Part shown: in pieces, positions 44,222-54,316 of the stretch | How positions within the stretch are numbered: position 1 is the first letter of the stretch | Layout of the letters: each line of letters begins with the position of its first letter | Source: Porticoccaceae bacterium | GTDB lineage: Bacteria > Pseudomonadota > Gammaproteobacteria > Pseudomonadales > Porticoccaceae | Direction of reading: 5' to 3' | Assembly (NCBI GenBank): GCA_028280905.1 | Contig: JANQKW010000331.1 | Span: forward strand, 2,000 to 65,999 | DNA length: 64,000 bases | Notes under the pieces: generated by a model | Told to the model about the DNA's origin: nothing | Seen by the model: only the letters and a program-made list of their open reading frames with translations | Databases searched by the model: none | Translations under genes and position numbers: made by a program

Positions 44222-46351
44222 ATGTGTCACAGATATAGTAGACTTGCATTAGCAGTTCTTTTCACCGCCGGACCAGTATCTGGAATTGCTGAAACAGGTG
44301 CAGGAAACGACACCAAGGCGACGAATAGTAGCAGCCAGTACATTGAAGAGATTACGGTAACCGGTCGGCCGGCTTTCGTGGACAATCAATCAGCGACTAT
44401 TGGTGCGCTGGGCAATAAAGATGCATCGGAAATACCACTGGCTATTAGCTCGTACGGCTCGGTTCTGATTCAGAACCAGCAATTGCGTACGCTAACGGAA
44501 ATTTCAAAAAATGACTCGTCGATTCAGGATGCTGCCTTTAACGCATCATATTCGAATGTCAGTATTCGCGGATATATAACCGATTGGACGAATTCCCTAA
44601 AACGTAATAACTTGCCATTAGCTCCTTACCAGGACATACCTATTGAGGGTATTGAGCAAGTGGCTATCCTCAAAGGGCCGTCAGGCTTCTTGTATGGTCT
44701 GACTCCTCCTGGCGGTACGGTCAATTATATATCCAAGCGCCCGACAAGGGATTCTTTTACCTCTTTGACCATCGGCGGCGGAAGTTTTGGGCGTTGGTAT
44801 GTCGCAGGTGATGCCAGCCGTAGAATTAACGATAATGTTGCTGTTCGGGTTAATGCAGGACATGAGCGACAGGGCGATGACTTTGACAAAAAAGATGATT
44901 TTGAGCGTAGCTTTGTAACTGCAGCAGTTGATTGGGTTATCAACGATCAGGCAGTGTTACAGATTAATGGCGACTTCCAAAACAAGAAGGTAGCAGCGCA
45001 CACGCCGCTAGGTACTAGAAATGGCTTGCTACCGCCGTTGAATGATCCTCGTACACTAATAGGTTTGCCTTGGTTGAATTACGAGACCGATGTCTACAAC
45101 TTAAATCCACGTTTGGATTACAACATCAATGATAATTGGTCATTTACCATTCAGGCCGGTTACTCTTCCAATACACGGTTTACTGCATTTCCGGGTGTTG
45201 GGTCAGTCGATCCAGCAACGGGCGATATAATCTCGGCTGATTCACGTACCCGTATAAGGATTTCTCCAGATCAGACTTATCGTTCATTGTCTGGCGAAGC
45301 GTTCATGACGGGCAATTTTAACACCGGCGGTATCAGTCACGAGCTAGTAATTGGTGCTTCTGGAGTCCGTTATCGGGCTAAGGAAAGTGGATATTTCATT
45401 ATTCCCGACCTCCCTATCGGTAATATATTTACGCCAGATTACAGTTTTCCTGAGCCGGCGTTGCCCGATCCGCTTCCGACTAAGACCCATAATGATGTAG
45501 ATCAGGACGGGCCATTTTTCAGCGACATGATTAGTCTTAGTGAGCAGGTGCAGTTGCTGCTAGGCGGCAGGCATGTGACATTCGACAACACCCAGTCTCG
45601 AGCAGGTGCCGTGCTAAAAGAATTTAATCGCAAAAAGTTTGTGCCAAATGTGGGCTTGATCTATCGACCTACTCAGGATGTTATGTTTTATGCCAATTGG
45701 ACTAAAGGTATAGAACAATCTAATGTGGCGCCACCAAGTGCGAATAATGCAGGCGAGCAATTCGGTCCTCTAGAGAGCGATTCATATGAAATTGGGGCCA
45801 AGGCTTCTGTAACGGACGATATAAGCGTTACTTTGTCGCTTTTCGAGATTACCAAATCCCTGGAGTTCATTAATCTTGCCGGAGACTTTGGGCAAGATGG
45901 AGAACAGCAGCATCGAGGTATCGAACTTTCCGCAAATGGCCGAATTCTCGATAACCTGCATTTCATTGCAGGTGCAACGTACCTCGATACCGAGCAACTG
46001 AACTTGGCAGATGTGGATGTAATCGGTAAGCGGTCTCCCAACGTGCCGGAATTTCAAGCTAACCTTTACCTTGATTATCAGGTGCAAGCCGTTGAAGGGC
46101 TAAATTTGACTGCGTCTATTTATCATAATGGCGATAAAGCTGTTAACGCCGCTAATACGCTCTTCATCCCCTCTTATACGACGGGCGAAGTTGGAGCTCG
46201 TTATGCAACTAAATTAGGGGATAAACATATTGTCTATCGCGCGACCATCAGAAATATAACGGACAAGGATTACTGGGCTGCTGCACAGTCCGGTCAGGTC
46301 ATGATATCTCAGCCGCGTACATTTATGCTCTCGGCCCAGATTGAATTGTAG
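44222..46351 (+). CDS. TonB-dependent outer-membrane receptor (siderophore-receptor type)
   Basis: Signal peptide, plug region (EEITVTGR...VAILKGPSGFLYG), a long beta-barrel and a terminal aromatic residue region (...FMLSAQIEL). Confidence 0.9.
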   Translation: MCHRYSRLALAVLFTAGPVSGIAETGAGNDTKATNSSSQYIEEITVTGRPAFVDNQSATIGALGNKDASEIPLAISSYGSVLIQNQQLRTLTEISKNDSSIQDAAFNASYSNVSIRGYITDWTNSLKRNNLPLAPYQDIPIEGIEQVAILKGPSGFLYGLTPPGGTVNYISKRPTRDSFTSLTIGGGSFGRWYVAGDASRRINDNVAVRVNAGHERQGDDFDKKDDFERSFVTAAVDWVINDQAVLQINGDFQNKKVAAHTPLGTRNGLLPPLNDPRTLIGLPWLNYETDVYNLNPRLDYNINDNWSFTIQAGYSSNTRFTAFPGVGSVDPATGDIISADSRTRIRISPDQTYRSLSGEAFMTGNFNTGGISHELVIGASGVRYRAKESGYFIIPDLPIGNIFTPDYSFPEPALPDPLPTKTHNDVDQDGPFFSDMISLSEQVQLLLGGRHVTFDNTQSRAGAVLKEFNRKKFVPNVGLIYRPTQDVMFYANWTKGIEQSNVAPPSANNAGEQFGPLESDSYEIGAKASVTDDISVTLSLFEITKSLEFINLAGDFGQDGEQQHRGIELSANGRILDNLHFIAGATYLDTEQLNLADVDVIGKRSPNVPEFQANLYLDYQVQAVEGLNLTASIYHNGDKAVNAANTLFIPSYTTGEVGARYATKLGDKHIVYRATIRNITDKDYWAAAQSGQVMISQPRTFMLSAQIEL

Positions 46352-46370
46352 TTGCTCCAATAAATATTTG

Positions 46371-46407
46371 TCCCCGCTTTTCTGTTGTAAAGCGGGGATG
46401 TTTTTTT
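46371..46407 (+). terminator. Rho-independent terminator after the receptor gene
   Basis: TCCCCGCTTT-tctgttgt-AAAGCGGGGA followed by TGTTTTTTT. Confidence 0.85.
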
Positions 46408-46442
46408 GGAAATGCCTAAATAGACATTGATGAGGAAGATCT

Positions 46443-47876
46443 ATGCCAGAAACCATCCCGAATCTGATTGCTGGAGAATGGGTTGAGTCTTCAAACACCA
46501 TTACAAATATCAACCCCTCGGACACCACCGATGTTATTGGTCAATATGCGTCTGCGTCTGTCGAAGATGTGGACAATGCTGTCACAAATGCCCATGATGC
46601 ACAAAAGACATGGGCTGGATTGACGCCTCAACAGCGAAGCGAGGCGCTTGATCGTGTGGCAACAGAATTGCTTGAAAGACGGGAAGAGATTGCCAGACAA
46701 CTTTCACGGGAAGAGGGAAAAACCATTCCCGAATCTACGGCGGAGGTAACAAAATCTTCACACCTATTTAAATACTATGCTGGAGAGGCAGTTCGTGTTT
46801 CCGGTGAGCATCTAAGCTCTATCAGGCAGAACATTGACGTAGATATAGCACGTAAACCCGTAGGTGTTGTCGGTCTTATCACGCCGTGGAATTTTCCGAT
46901 TTCGATTCCTGCCTGGAAGTCAGCGCCTGCGTTAGCGTATGGAAATGCAGTCATACTGAAGCCTTCTGAGCTGACATGCGCCAGTGCATGGACACTTACA
47001 GAGATTGTTGAAAAGCACCTGCCCAAAGGCGTTTTTCAGCTAACAATGGGTGATGGATCTACAGGCGGTGCGCTTTCCTCTCATCCCGGAGTTAAAGCGG
47101 TAAGCTTTACCGGCTCAACTCAAACAGGATCAAAAATTGCCGAAGCTGTGCACAAAAGGGGAGCTCGGCTTCAGATGGAAATGGGCGGGAAGAATCCGCT
47201 TATTATTATGGAAGATGCGGATTTGGAACTCTCTGTAAAGTATGCGATCTCTGGTGCGTTTTACAGTACCGGCCAACGATGTACGTCATGTAGTCGGATG
47301 GTCGTTGAAGAGCAGGTCTATGAAGCGTTTGTCGACAAAATGTTAAAAGGCATGGAGGAACTCAGGATAGGTCATGCGTTGGAATCGGACTCAAATATAG
47401 GCCCGTTAATCAGTGAAAATCAGTTGAATCGCGTTCTTGGCTATATCGATATCGGCCGTCAGGAGGGTGCTACCCTCGCAGTTGGAGGTGAAGTGCTTGA
47501 TCGGCCGACCCCGGGCTTCTACATTAGTCCAGCGCTGTTTGTCGATACGGACCCATCCTTTCGGATAAACCAGGAAGAAATATTCGGACCGGTAGCCTCA
47601 ATTATCAAAGTGAAAGGGATTGAACAAGCGATCTCGGTAGCGAATGACGTTCCTTATGGGCTTTGTGCGGGAATAATGACTAACTCGCTGGCTTACACTC
47701 AAAAATTCCGTGATGAAATAAGCAGCGGTATGGCTATGGTTAATATGCCGACAGTTGGCACTGACTACCATGTGCCGTTTGGCGGTGCGAAAGGTTCTGG
47801 CTACGGACCGCGAGAAATGGGAACCTATACCCGCGAATTCTATACTGTGACAAGAACGGTTTACACAGCAAAATAA
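46443..47876 (+). CDS. NAD(P)-dependent aldehyde dehydrogenase (ketoglutarate-semialdehyde-dehydrogenase-like)
   Basis: 477 aa with ...ITPWNFP...KPSELT...EMGGKNP...GQRCTSCSR...EEIFGPV. Confidence 0.9.
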   Translation: MPETIPNLIAGEWVESSNTITNINPSDTTDVIGQYASASVEDVDNAVTNAHDAQKTWAGLTPQQRSEALDRVATELLERREEIARQLSREEGKTIPESTAEVTKSSHLFKYYAGEAVRVSGEHLSSIRQNIDVDIARKPVGVVGLITPWNFPISIPAWKSAPALAYGNAVILKPSELTCASAWTLTEIVEKHLPKGVFQLTMGDGSTGGALSSHPGVKAVSFTGSTQTGSKIAEAVHKRGARLQMEMGGKNPLIIMEDADLELSVKYAISGAFYSTGQRCTSCSRMVVEEQVYEAFVDKMLKGMEELRIGHALESDSNIGPLISENQLNRVLGYIDIGRQEGATLAVGGEVLDRPTPGFYISPALFVDTDPSFRINQEEIFGPVASIIKVKGIEQAISVANDVPYGLCAGIMTNSLAYTQKFRDEISSGMAMVNMPTVGTDYHVPFGGAKGSGYGPREMGTYTREFYTVTRTVYTAK

Positions 47877-47912
47877 TTTTATATTCCCGTTTGCTTTGAC
47901 AATAAAAGATTT

Positions 47913-47935
47913 GCCGCCTTAACTAGGCGGCTTTT
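47913..47935 (+). terminator. Rho-independent terminator after the aldehyde dehydrogenase gene
   Basis: GCCGCC-ttaacta-GGCGGC followed by TTTT. Confidence 0.75.
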
Positions 47936-48000
47936 CCTGCTTTTGAGATATGATGTTTACATCCCAGCCGGGTAGCTCTCTGGGCTTAACATTTATCGTG

Positions 48001-48138
48001 TCACCCATAGTTCTGCAATATGGCTCTCTCCGGCATGACTTCGGATTGATTATAACCAGCGTGACTAAAACCAGGGTGGCTAAAAGCCGTGTGGGTGGAA
48101 AGTAGCGCTATGGCTCCAATTAGACGAGCGCTTTTCAT
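48001..48138 (-). CDS. Hypothetical 45-aa secreted peptide (below the ORF-track cutoff)
   Basis: My translation: MKSARLIGAIALLSTHTAFSHPGFSHAGYNQSEVMPERAILQNYG. A signal-peptide-like N-terminus with GGGG 6 nt upstream of the ATG. It starts 42 nt after the OMP gene on the same strand. Confidence 0.3.
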   Translation of the reverse strand: MKSARLIGAIALLSTHTAFSHPGFSHAGYNQSEVMPERAILQNYG

Positions 48139-48180
48139 ACTACCCCATAGATTTGAAACGGCTGAGTATCGTCGACCTAA

Positions 48181-48960
48181 TTAGAACGTAAACAATAGCG
48201 AGAAATATCCAGTCGCTTCATTTGTTTCTGAATGGTTTCGTACGCCGGTTCCTGCGTAAAGCAGTATGCTGGTTTTTTCATTGAGCCCGTATGTAAGGCC
48301 TATTCCCATGCCGGTTGATGCTTTTCCTTCATCTGAATCCTTAGTTTGATAAAAGATCTCGAGACCCGCTTCAAGATTGGGGCTTAGTCGTGTTGTTGCA
48401 GCCAGTCCCGCAAAACAATAATTTTTAGAATCATTATTTCGAGTGAGGGTACAGCCGCCGCCACCAAAAGTGGTCCATCGCTCTCCCTCGCTCCCCACCC
48501 AAAAAGGCAGGGTCAGCGAAGCGCGGTCGTCCCCAATACTAGACGATAGGCTTGGTAAGGATATAGAAGGTCCAAAAGCAATAGATAATCCGTCTTTACC
48601 TCGATTAGAAAACAAATATTTGCCGGCGAGGACTACATTTGCAATGCCGTTCTCTGAGGGTTCCCCGTCAGCATTTTCATAGGAAACCGGCACTACCATG
48701 GCTAATTCAAGGTTGCTCGAAATGCCATAGGCGTAGTCAATGCCTATATTTCCTTCCGATCCTCCGTCTGTTGTTGTTGCATCTGTATAAAGAAAAAGTT
48801 CGTGATGCCCTTTTTTTGTAGTCCAAGGGTCATCGGTAAAGAAAGGAGGGCCGGCATAGGCCGCTTGAGATACGAATGTACCCGCAAGGGAGCCAAAAAT
48901 CACTAACTTCAAAAGTAGGGGGGATGACGGCCTATATCGTTCACTATTTTTTGTAAACAT
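48181..48960 (-). CDS. Outer-membrane beta-barrel protein (resembles the 'MetA-pathway of phenol degradation' transporter-like family)
   Basis: Signal peptide ending AYA, PPFFTDDP motif, alternating beta-strand pattern and a C-terminal F (...YFSLLFTF). Confidence 0.55.
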   Translation of the reverse strand: MFTKNSERYRPSSPLLLKLVIFGSLAGTFVSQAAYAGPPFFTDDPWTTKKGHHELFLYTDATTTDGGSEGNIGIDYAYGISSNLELAMVVPVSYENADGEPSENGIANVVLAGKYLFSNRGKDGLSIAFGPSISLPSLSSSIGDDRASLTLPFWVGSEGERWTTFGGGGCTLTRNNDSKNYCFAGLAATTRLSPNLEAGLEIFYQTKDSDEGKASTGMGIGLTYGLNEKTSILLYAGTGVRNHSETNEATGYFSLLFTF

Positions 48961-49241
48961 CTATAACAATCTGTCTAAAACACTCAGAATTTGACTTTAT
49001 ATTTGCCCACAAATTTATACTGAGAGTACAGACTATAAATAACAACGTCTAATCACATTTATGGTAAACCCAATTACTACACTTAATAGGTAAGGTAGAT
49101 AATGTTAATTCGGTTTTTAATGATAAAAACGTTTGTAAGATGTTGAAATGAAAGATATAAAGAGAAAGCTGTTCATTCTTGATTTCAAATAAAAGAGTTA
49201 TAATAACCGGCTGTTAAAATATTTTGGTTTGAACTACAAAA

Positions 49242-49615
49242 ATGTCGATACGAAACAAAAAAATGCCTTTGTATATTCCTCAAGCTGGCCCTGTCCTTGT
49301 AGAAACTCCGTTGCTAAACAAAGGTACTGCTTTTAGTAAAGAAGAACGGAACCTATTTAATCTCACTGGATTGATTCCTCCCACTTACGAAACCATAGAA
49401 GAGCAGGTAAAACGCGCTTATGTGCAGTTTTCCAGCTTCGTAGAAAACATTAACAAGCATATTTATTTAAGAGCAATACAGGATACTAATGAAACGCTAT
49501 TCTTTCGACAAAGCAACAATTGGCTCTAGAGATTCCAGATGAAAAGCTCAAACAAAATATCGAAGATAACTTTTGGGTGCCAGAATATAAGCAATATAAG
49601 CGGGTGAGTAATTAA
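49242..49615 (+). pseudogene. NAD-malic enzyme gene remnant with a large internal deletion
   Basis: The N-terminal 88 aa ([52 protein letters not shown]...[19 protein letters not shown]) match MaeA/SfcA ([24 protein letters not shown]... from memory). A stop follows at 49527. A different frame from 49529 then reads EIPDEKLKQNIEDNFWVPEYKQYKRVSN*, which resembles a malic-enzyme C-terminus. About 450 codons are missing. Confidence 0.75.
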
Positions 49616-49667
49616 CTAGCACAAAATGTTGCTGAAGAGCATATACAGCTTATTGAACAGCTCGGAT

Positions 49668-50567
49668 TTAGTCTATTGTCATATTAAGGTCATCTTTGGC
49701 GCTTTCGAGTAATCGGGCCGCAAATTCTTCAGCCAGTCGCGACATTCTTCGGTTGCGCGCGGTTAAAAGGAAAATTTGGAAACTAATCTTGGGTCTAAAT
49801 CTTCTGATTTCATAATTTAGGTGAGAAAACTCGGCGGCGCTATAGGCGTTAACAAGAGAAACGCCGGCACCTGCTGCTACAAAGCTGCATGTCGTCGACG
49901 AAAATATAGCTTCAAACCTTTTATTTACTGAGACGTTTAAAGCCTTGAACAGGCCTTCAAGCCTTTGGCGTGTGCCATCGACGCCACCCGTCAGGATAAA
50001 GGTTTCACCATTCAGGTCTTCAGGAGATATGGTATCTTTCTCTGATAACGGGTGTCCTTGCGGTAAGATGCAGACAGCCTCCACTTCAGCTAGAAGTTCT
50101 GCATTCACTCTGTCACTATCTGCGATCATACCGATTCCTAAATCGGCTTGACCGCTTATAATCCAGTCCTGAATCTTCGTTGAACTATGGCTGTGAAGAG
50201 ATAGATTTACAGTTTCTTTCCCCTCAATAAACTGTGTACATTGATTTGGAAGCCAGTTAGTCGAAAGAAGCGGGAGTGCGGCAATAATTAGACGGCCCCT
50301 ATTGAGGCCTTTTATATCTTTTGCAATTTGGTCAAGATTTTCCAGCGCTTCAAAAGTCCGCAAAACGTGTTGGTAGAAAATTTTAGCGTCTTCCGTCGGT
50401 TCAATACGCCCCTTGGATCGTTCAAATAGCGGCATTTTAATATCGTGCTCTAGCTGCGCTATGAGCTTGGTTACTGCGGGTTGTGTAACGAATAACTTGT
50501 CAGCCGCAGCGGTCATAGAGCCACTTTCCATTACGACTTTAAATGCTTCAATTTGTTTCGTCTTCAT
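49668..50567 (-). CDS. LysR-family transcriptional regulator
   Basis: N-terminal wHTH IEAFKVVMESGSMTAAADKLFVTQPAVTKLIAQLE; 299 aa. Confidence 0.9.
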   Translation of the reverse strand: MKTKQIEAFKVVMESGSMTAAADKLFVTQPAVTKLIAQLEHDIKMPLFERSKGRIEPTEDAKIFYQHVLRTFEALENLDQIAKDIKGLNRGRLIIAALPLLSTNWLPNQCTQFIEGKETVNLSLHSHSSTKIQDWIISGQADLGIGMIADSDRVNAELLAEVEAVCILPQGHPLSEKDTISPEDLNGETFILTGGVDGTRQRLEGLFKALNVSVNKRFEAIFSSTTCSFVAAGAGVSLVNAYSAAEFSHLNYEIRRFRPKISFQIFLLTARNRRMSRLAEEFAARLLESAKDDLNMTID

Positions 50568-50649
50568 TGAGAAGCTCGTATTGACGATATTAGAGTTTTA
50601 CTAATATAGCACAACCCTGGGATAGTAAAGTCATCGGTATGCCAATGGT

Positions 50650-52155
50650 TCACTCGCTAGCGAGCATTTTGATATCTTTCTTGAGCGTGACCCTGGCGTT
50701 ATCCAGGGAACCCCTTAGTTTCTTCTCATATTCGATATCTTTTGCCAGTTTCTTTTCAGCGGTAGCGAGGATCCGCGAGACCTCCTTGTGCGAAGGGCCT
50801 CCTCTTGACCGCCTACTCTCAACAGACTGATTGGGGTCGAGAAGTTTCTCTACATCTGAGTCTTTAATATAAAGTTGCGTACCAATAGTCTCCATAGCTG
50901 CGCTTTCAATGATAGCTGAACTAATCGCATCGGCCGAGATGTTTTGCTCCATCATCAGTCTTACAACAGTGCCGGCAATATGGTGAGAATCCCTGAAACT
51001 AATTCCATAATCCTGTACCAACGATTCAGCAAGATCAGTTATTGTTGAAAAACTTTCTCTGACCCGTTTAAGCATGTTTTCGGGTTTCGGCTTGATGGTT
51101 TCCATGATAAGGCTAACCAACACAAGGCTGTCCGCGGTTGTCTGCAGAACTTGCCAAGCTCCTTTCGGCGAAGCGCGCACGCCATCAATTGTATTGGTGA
51201 AATGCGTAGCCCTTATGGTGGAGCACATTGAAACCATATCGCCAATTATCTGTGCGCCAGTTGCTTTCAAGTACTCAAGGACAACAGGATTCTTTTTGTG
51301 GGGCATAATACTTGAAGCACCGGAAACCCTGTCGGGAAATTCGATCAGGTTGAACTCATCTGTAGCCCAAATATAAAGATCTTGAACCAAACGAGTCCAG
51401 GTTGTTCCCAGCGTGACACACGCCATGCACGACTCGCTCAAAAAATCACGGGAGGCCACTGCGTCAAGGCTATGCTCTACAATCCCGTCAAAGCCAAGAA
51501 GTTCAGCAACCATCGGGCGATTGACCGGGAATTTTGTGCCTGAGAAAGCGGCGGCACCCATAGCCGAATGGTTCATTCCTATGATGCTGTTTTTGAACCT
51601 AAGGTAATCACGCGCGAGAGCTTGTTCGATACCCAAGCAATAGAAGCCCAGGGTAATTGGCTGGGCGGCCTGGAGATGGGTATATCCTGGCATCACTACC
51701 TTGGCATGGCTGCGCGCCTGTTCCAGCGTGTTGAGGCGAACCCCATTTAGCCGCTCAGATATAAGCAGGCATAGTTTCCGCGCTCGCATTCGGTCAATGG
51801 TTGCACCCATGTCATTGCGGCTTCTTCCTACATGAAGGCGTCCGCCGGCGTCCTGGCCAACCATATTCATTAACGTGGCTTCAAAATTGAAGTGCGCATC
51901 TTCCCGGGAAGCGTCGCGTGAAATAAAAGCAGCGCCACGACACTCTATATCTATTAATGCCTTTGCAAGCTGCCTGCCAATCTCGGCAGAAATTAACCCC
52001 TCCTTGGCAAGCATTAGCAGATGTGCCTGGTTGACATCTACGATGTGTTCAAAGTTGTTCTCAATTTCATTGTCTAGTCGGGGCTGGTAGATCAGTTCTT
52101 GGACCTCGCGCGCCATACTCTCAGTGAGACGCTTGCTTACGGACGACGCAGGCAT
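50650..52155 (-). CDS. Argininosuccinate-lyase-like class I (aspartase/fumarase superfamily) C-N lyase
   Basis: GRLHVGRSRNDMGAT and the signature SSIMPHKKNP. Start set at the ATG with GGAGG 5 nt upstream (MPASSVSKRL); the track ORF extends to 52221. Confidence 0.75.
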   Translation of the reverse strand: MPASSVSKRLTESMAREVQELIYQPRLDNEIENNFEHIVDVNQAHLLMLAKEGLISAEIGRQLAKALIDIECRGAAFISRDASREDAHFNFEATLMNMVGQDAGGRLHVGRSRNDMGATIDRMRARKLCLLISERLNGVRLNTLEQARSHAKVVMPGYTHLQAAQPITLGFYCLGIEQALARDYLRFKNSIIGMNHSAMGAAAFSGTKFPVNRPMVAELLGFDGIVEHSLDAVASRDFLSESCMACVTLGTTWTRLVQDLYIWATDEFNLIEFPDRVSGASSIMPHKKNPVVLEYLKATGAQIIGDMVSMCSTIRATHFTNTIDGVRASPKGAWQVLQTTADSLVLVSLIMETIKPKPENMLKRVRESFSTITDLAESLVQDYGISFRDSHHIAGTVVRLMMEQNISADAISSAIIESAAMETIGTQLYIKDSDVEKLLDPNQSVESRRSRGGPSHKEVSRILATAEKKLAKDIEYEKKLRGSLDNARVTLKKDIKMLASE

Positions 52156-52529
52156 TTGAACCTCCATGGTCAAGTTGAGTTGGAATTTGTATTTTCGCTT
52201 CAATGGCGATGAACGCGCCAATTCATAATGCGCCGCAAACTATTCCATATTGTTATCGTGCGTTTTTGCTAGACCAGCGGATTTCGCTATTTGGGTGCCA
52301 AAGTTGGGCTAAATAGCGCCCATTGGCAGCCTATAACTTTTCGGAATACTATACTTAGATTAAGCGATTGGACACGGTGCGCAATTACAAACAACATATT
52401 GGAAACAGCGTAGAGATTGTGAATCTCCGCATAAAAATATTACACCGTGCAAGCAGAAGAATTGACGCCCGAAGCTAGAAATAGTCAAGCGGCTTAAGAT
52501 AGCCGCTGTCAAGCATAAGAGCAAAAGTT

Positions 52530-52859
52530 ATGGTAGAAAGGCCACAGCAGTTTCAACGCTTATATGAATTTGGGGCAGAACCTTTAACGTTTTCAGTTGA
52601 TGGAAAGACCCTGGAGGCGAGGCCTGGCGAACTGCTATTAACAGCTATTCTGTTGCATCGAGGGCATGTCCGTGATTTCGAATTTACCGATGCCAAACGC
52701 GCAGGGTTTTGTTTTATGGGTGCCTGTCAGGATTGCTGGGTGACACTGTCAGACGGTAGCCGAGTCAGGGCATGTGACACACTAGTTGAAAACGGAATGG
52801 AAGTCTTAACAACATATGAACGGAACGCGGCTTTAGAGGGGCAGGAAGATGTCTCCTAG
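52530..52859 (+). CDS. Small (2Fe-2S)-binding subunit, HcnA / opine-oxidase gamma-like
   Basis: 109 aa with the Cys pattern FCFMGACQDCWVTLSDGSRVRAC. Confidence 0.75.
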   Translation: MVERPQQFQRLYEFGAEPLTFSVDGKTLEARPGELLLTAILLHRGHVRDFEFTDAKRAGFCFMGACQDCWVTLSDGSRVRACDTLVENGMEVLTTYERNAALEGQEDVS

Positions 52860-54213
52860 TGTCGTTGTTGTAGGTGCGGGGCCTGCTGGCGTAAGAGCTA
52901 CGGCGGCTATTGCAGGTAAAGGTGTTCCTGTAACCCTGATAGATGAAGGTGCGCGTGTTGGCGGGCAGATATACAGGCAGCCCCCGCCCGGCGCTGAGCG
53001 CCCCCCCAAAGATTTATATGGCTCGGAAGCGGCAAAGGCTGTTGCAGTACACGGCTGTCTTAAAGAATTCAAAGGGTTAATTGATTATCGGCCCAGTACG
53101 CTTGTTTGGAATGTATTCAAAGGGCAGTTGGATCTAAAGAGTGCTGGAGGTGAGGAGAAGGTACCATTCGATCGCCTACTGATTGCCACCGGAGCCTTTG
53201 ACCGTGTGATTCCTTTTCCTGGCTGGACGTTGCCCGGCGTATTCACATTGGGCGCTGCGCAAATCGCATTAAAAGCTCAGGGCGTTGCCATTGGTCGAAA
53301 AGTAGTGTTGGTGGGTGCAGGTCCTTTATTGCCTCTTGTAGCCAGCCAGTACTTGAAGGCTGGCGCCGAAGTAGCCGCCGTAATCGACGTAACGCCCTTT
53401 TCTGCAAAGGTTGCCGGCTTTTGGCAAATGATGTCGAAGCCAGATGTTGTGCTTCGCGGGCTTGGCTACTTATATGAAATACGCAAACATCGAGTTCCCG
53501 TGTTTTATGGGGCCCGCAACCTGGCTGTTGACGGGAGTCAAAACGTTGAAAGCTTTAGTTGGACCTCATCGGGAGGCAAGTCTCATCGCGTGGACTGCGA
53601 TGCCGTCGGTGCTTCATTTGGCCTGCGGAGCGAAACGCAGCTGGCAGACTTGGCCGGTTGCGAGTTTGAATTTGACCATTTGCTGAGGCAGTGGCTTCCT
53701 ATTGCGCGTGAGGGTGGCCGAACAACCCAGGAAACTGTGTATGTAGCGGGTGACTGTGCAGGAATTGGCGGCGCAGATGTTGCTGAGTTACAGGGGGATT
53801 TGGTAGCGAATTCAATTCTTGAAGACCTTGGTGTGTCAGTTGACAAAGAAAGACTGACTGTAGTCGAAAAGCGGTTGCGCCAATATTCGAGGTTTCGTGC
53901 GGGCATGGAGCGTGCGTATCCCTTTCCGCACCATCTTTTAGATGACCTTCCCGAAGACTTGATGTTATGCAGATGTGAGGGCATAAAGCTCGGGCATCTT
54001 ATGGAAGTCGATGCGAAGACCTCTCCGCATGACGTCAATAGGCAAAAGGCGTTCAGTCGCGTTGGGCTGGGTCGCTGTCAAGGCCGGGTGTGCGGTATGG
54101 CGGCAGCAGAGATACTGTCTAAATTCAACGGAAGTTCTATTGAATCTGCCGGACGCCTTCGGGGGCAGCCACCGGTGAAACCTATAACCTTTACCGGCTC
54201 ATCAGCTACATAA
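52849..54213 (+). CDS. FAD/NAD(P)-binding oxidoreductase subunit, HcnB / OoxA-like
   Basis: VVVVGAGPAGVRAT and VVLVGAGPLLP dinucleotide folds. C-terminal BFD-like Cys cluster CRCEGI...GRCQGRVC. 11-nt overlap with the upstream gene. Confidence 0.8.
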   Translation: MSPSVVVVGAGPAGVRATAAIAGKGVPVTLIDEGARVGGQIYRQPPPGAERPPKDLYGSEAAKAVAVHGCLKEFKGLIDYRPSTLVWNVFKGQLDLKSAGGEEKVPFDRLLIATGAFDRVIPFPGWTLPGVFTLGAAQIALKAQGVAIGRKVVLVGAGPLLPLVASQYLKAGAEVAAVIDVTPFSAKVAGFWQMMSKPDVVLRGLGYLYEIRKHRVPVFYGARNLAVDGSQNVESFSWTSSGGKSHRVDCDAVGASFGLRSETQLADLAGCEFEFDHLLRQWLPIAREGGRTTQETVYVAGDCAGIGGADVAELQGDLVANSILEDLGVSVDKERLTVVEKRLRQYSRFRAGMERAYPFPHHLLDDLPEDLMLCRCEGIKLGHLMEVDAKTSPHDVNRQKAFSRVGLGRCQGRVCGMAAAEILSKFNGSSIESAGRLRGQPPVKPITFTGSSAT

Positions 54214-54316
54214 TCCTGGGTAATGATGCAAAGAAGTTAGAAATACCATGTTAATAACCAGGCGCAGTTAATTAGGAATATGTATAACTCCGCACTTTCA
54301 TATTTAGGAGAACTTT

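Noticed and set aside
52530-54213. Interpretation as hydrogen cyanide synthase hcnAB
   Set aside because: No adjacent hcnC is present. The context (importer, lyase, amidohydrolase, LysR) fits catabolic opine- or hydroxyproline-dehydrogenase-type enzymes better.
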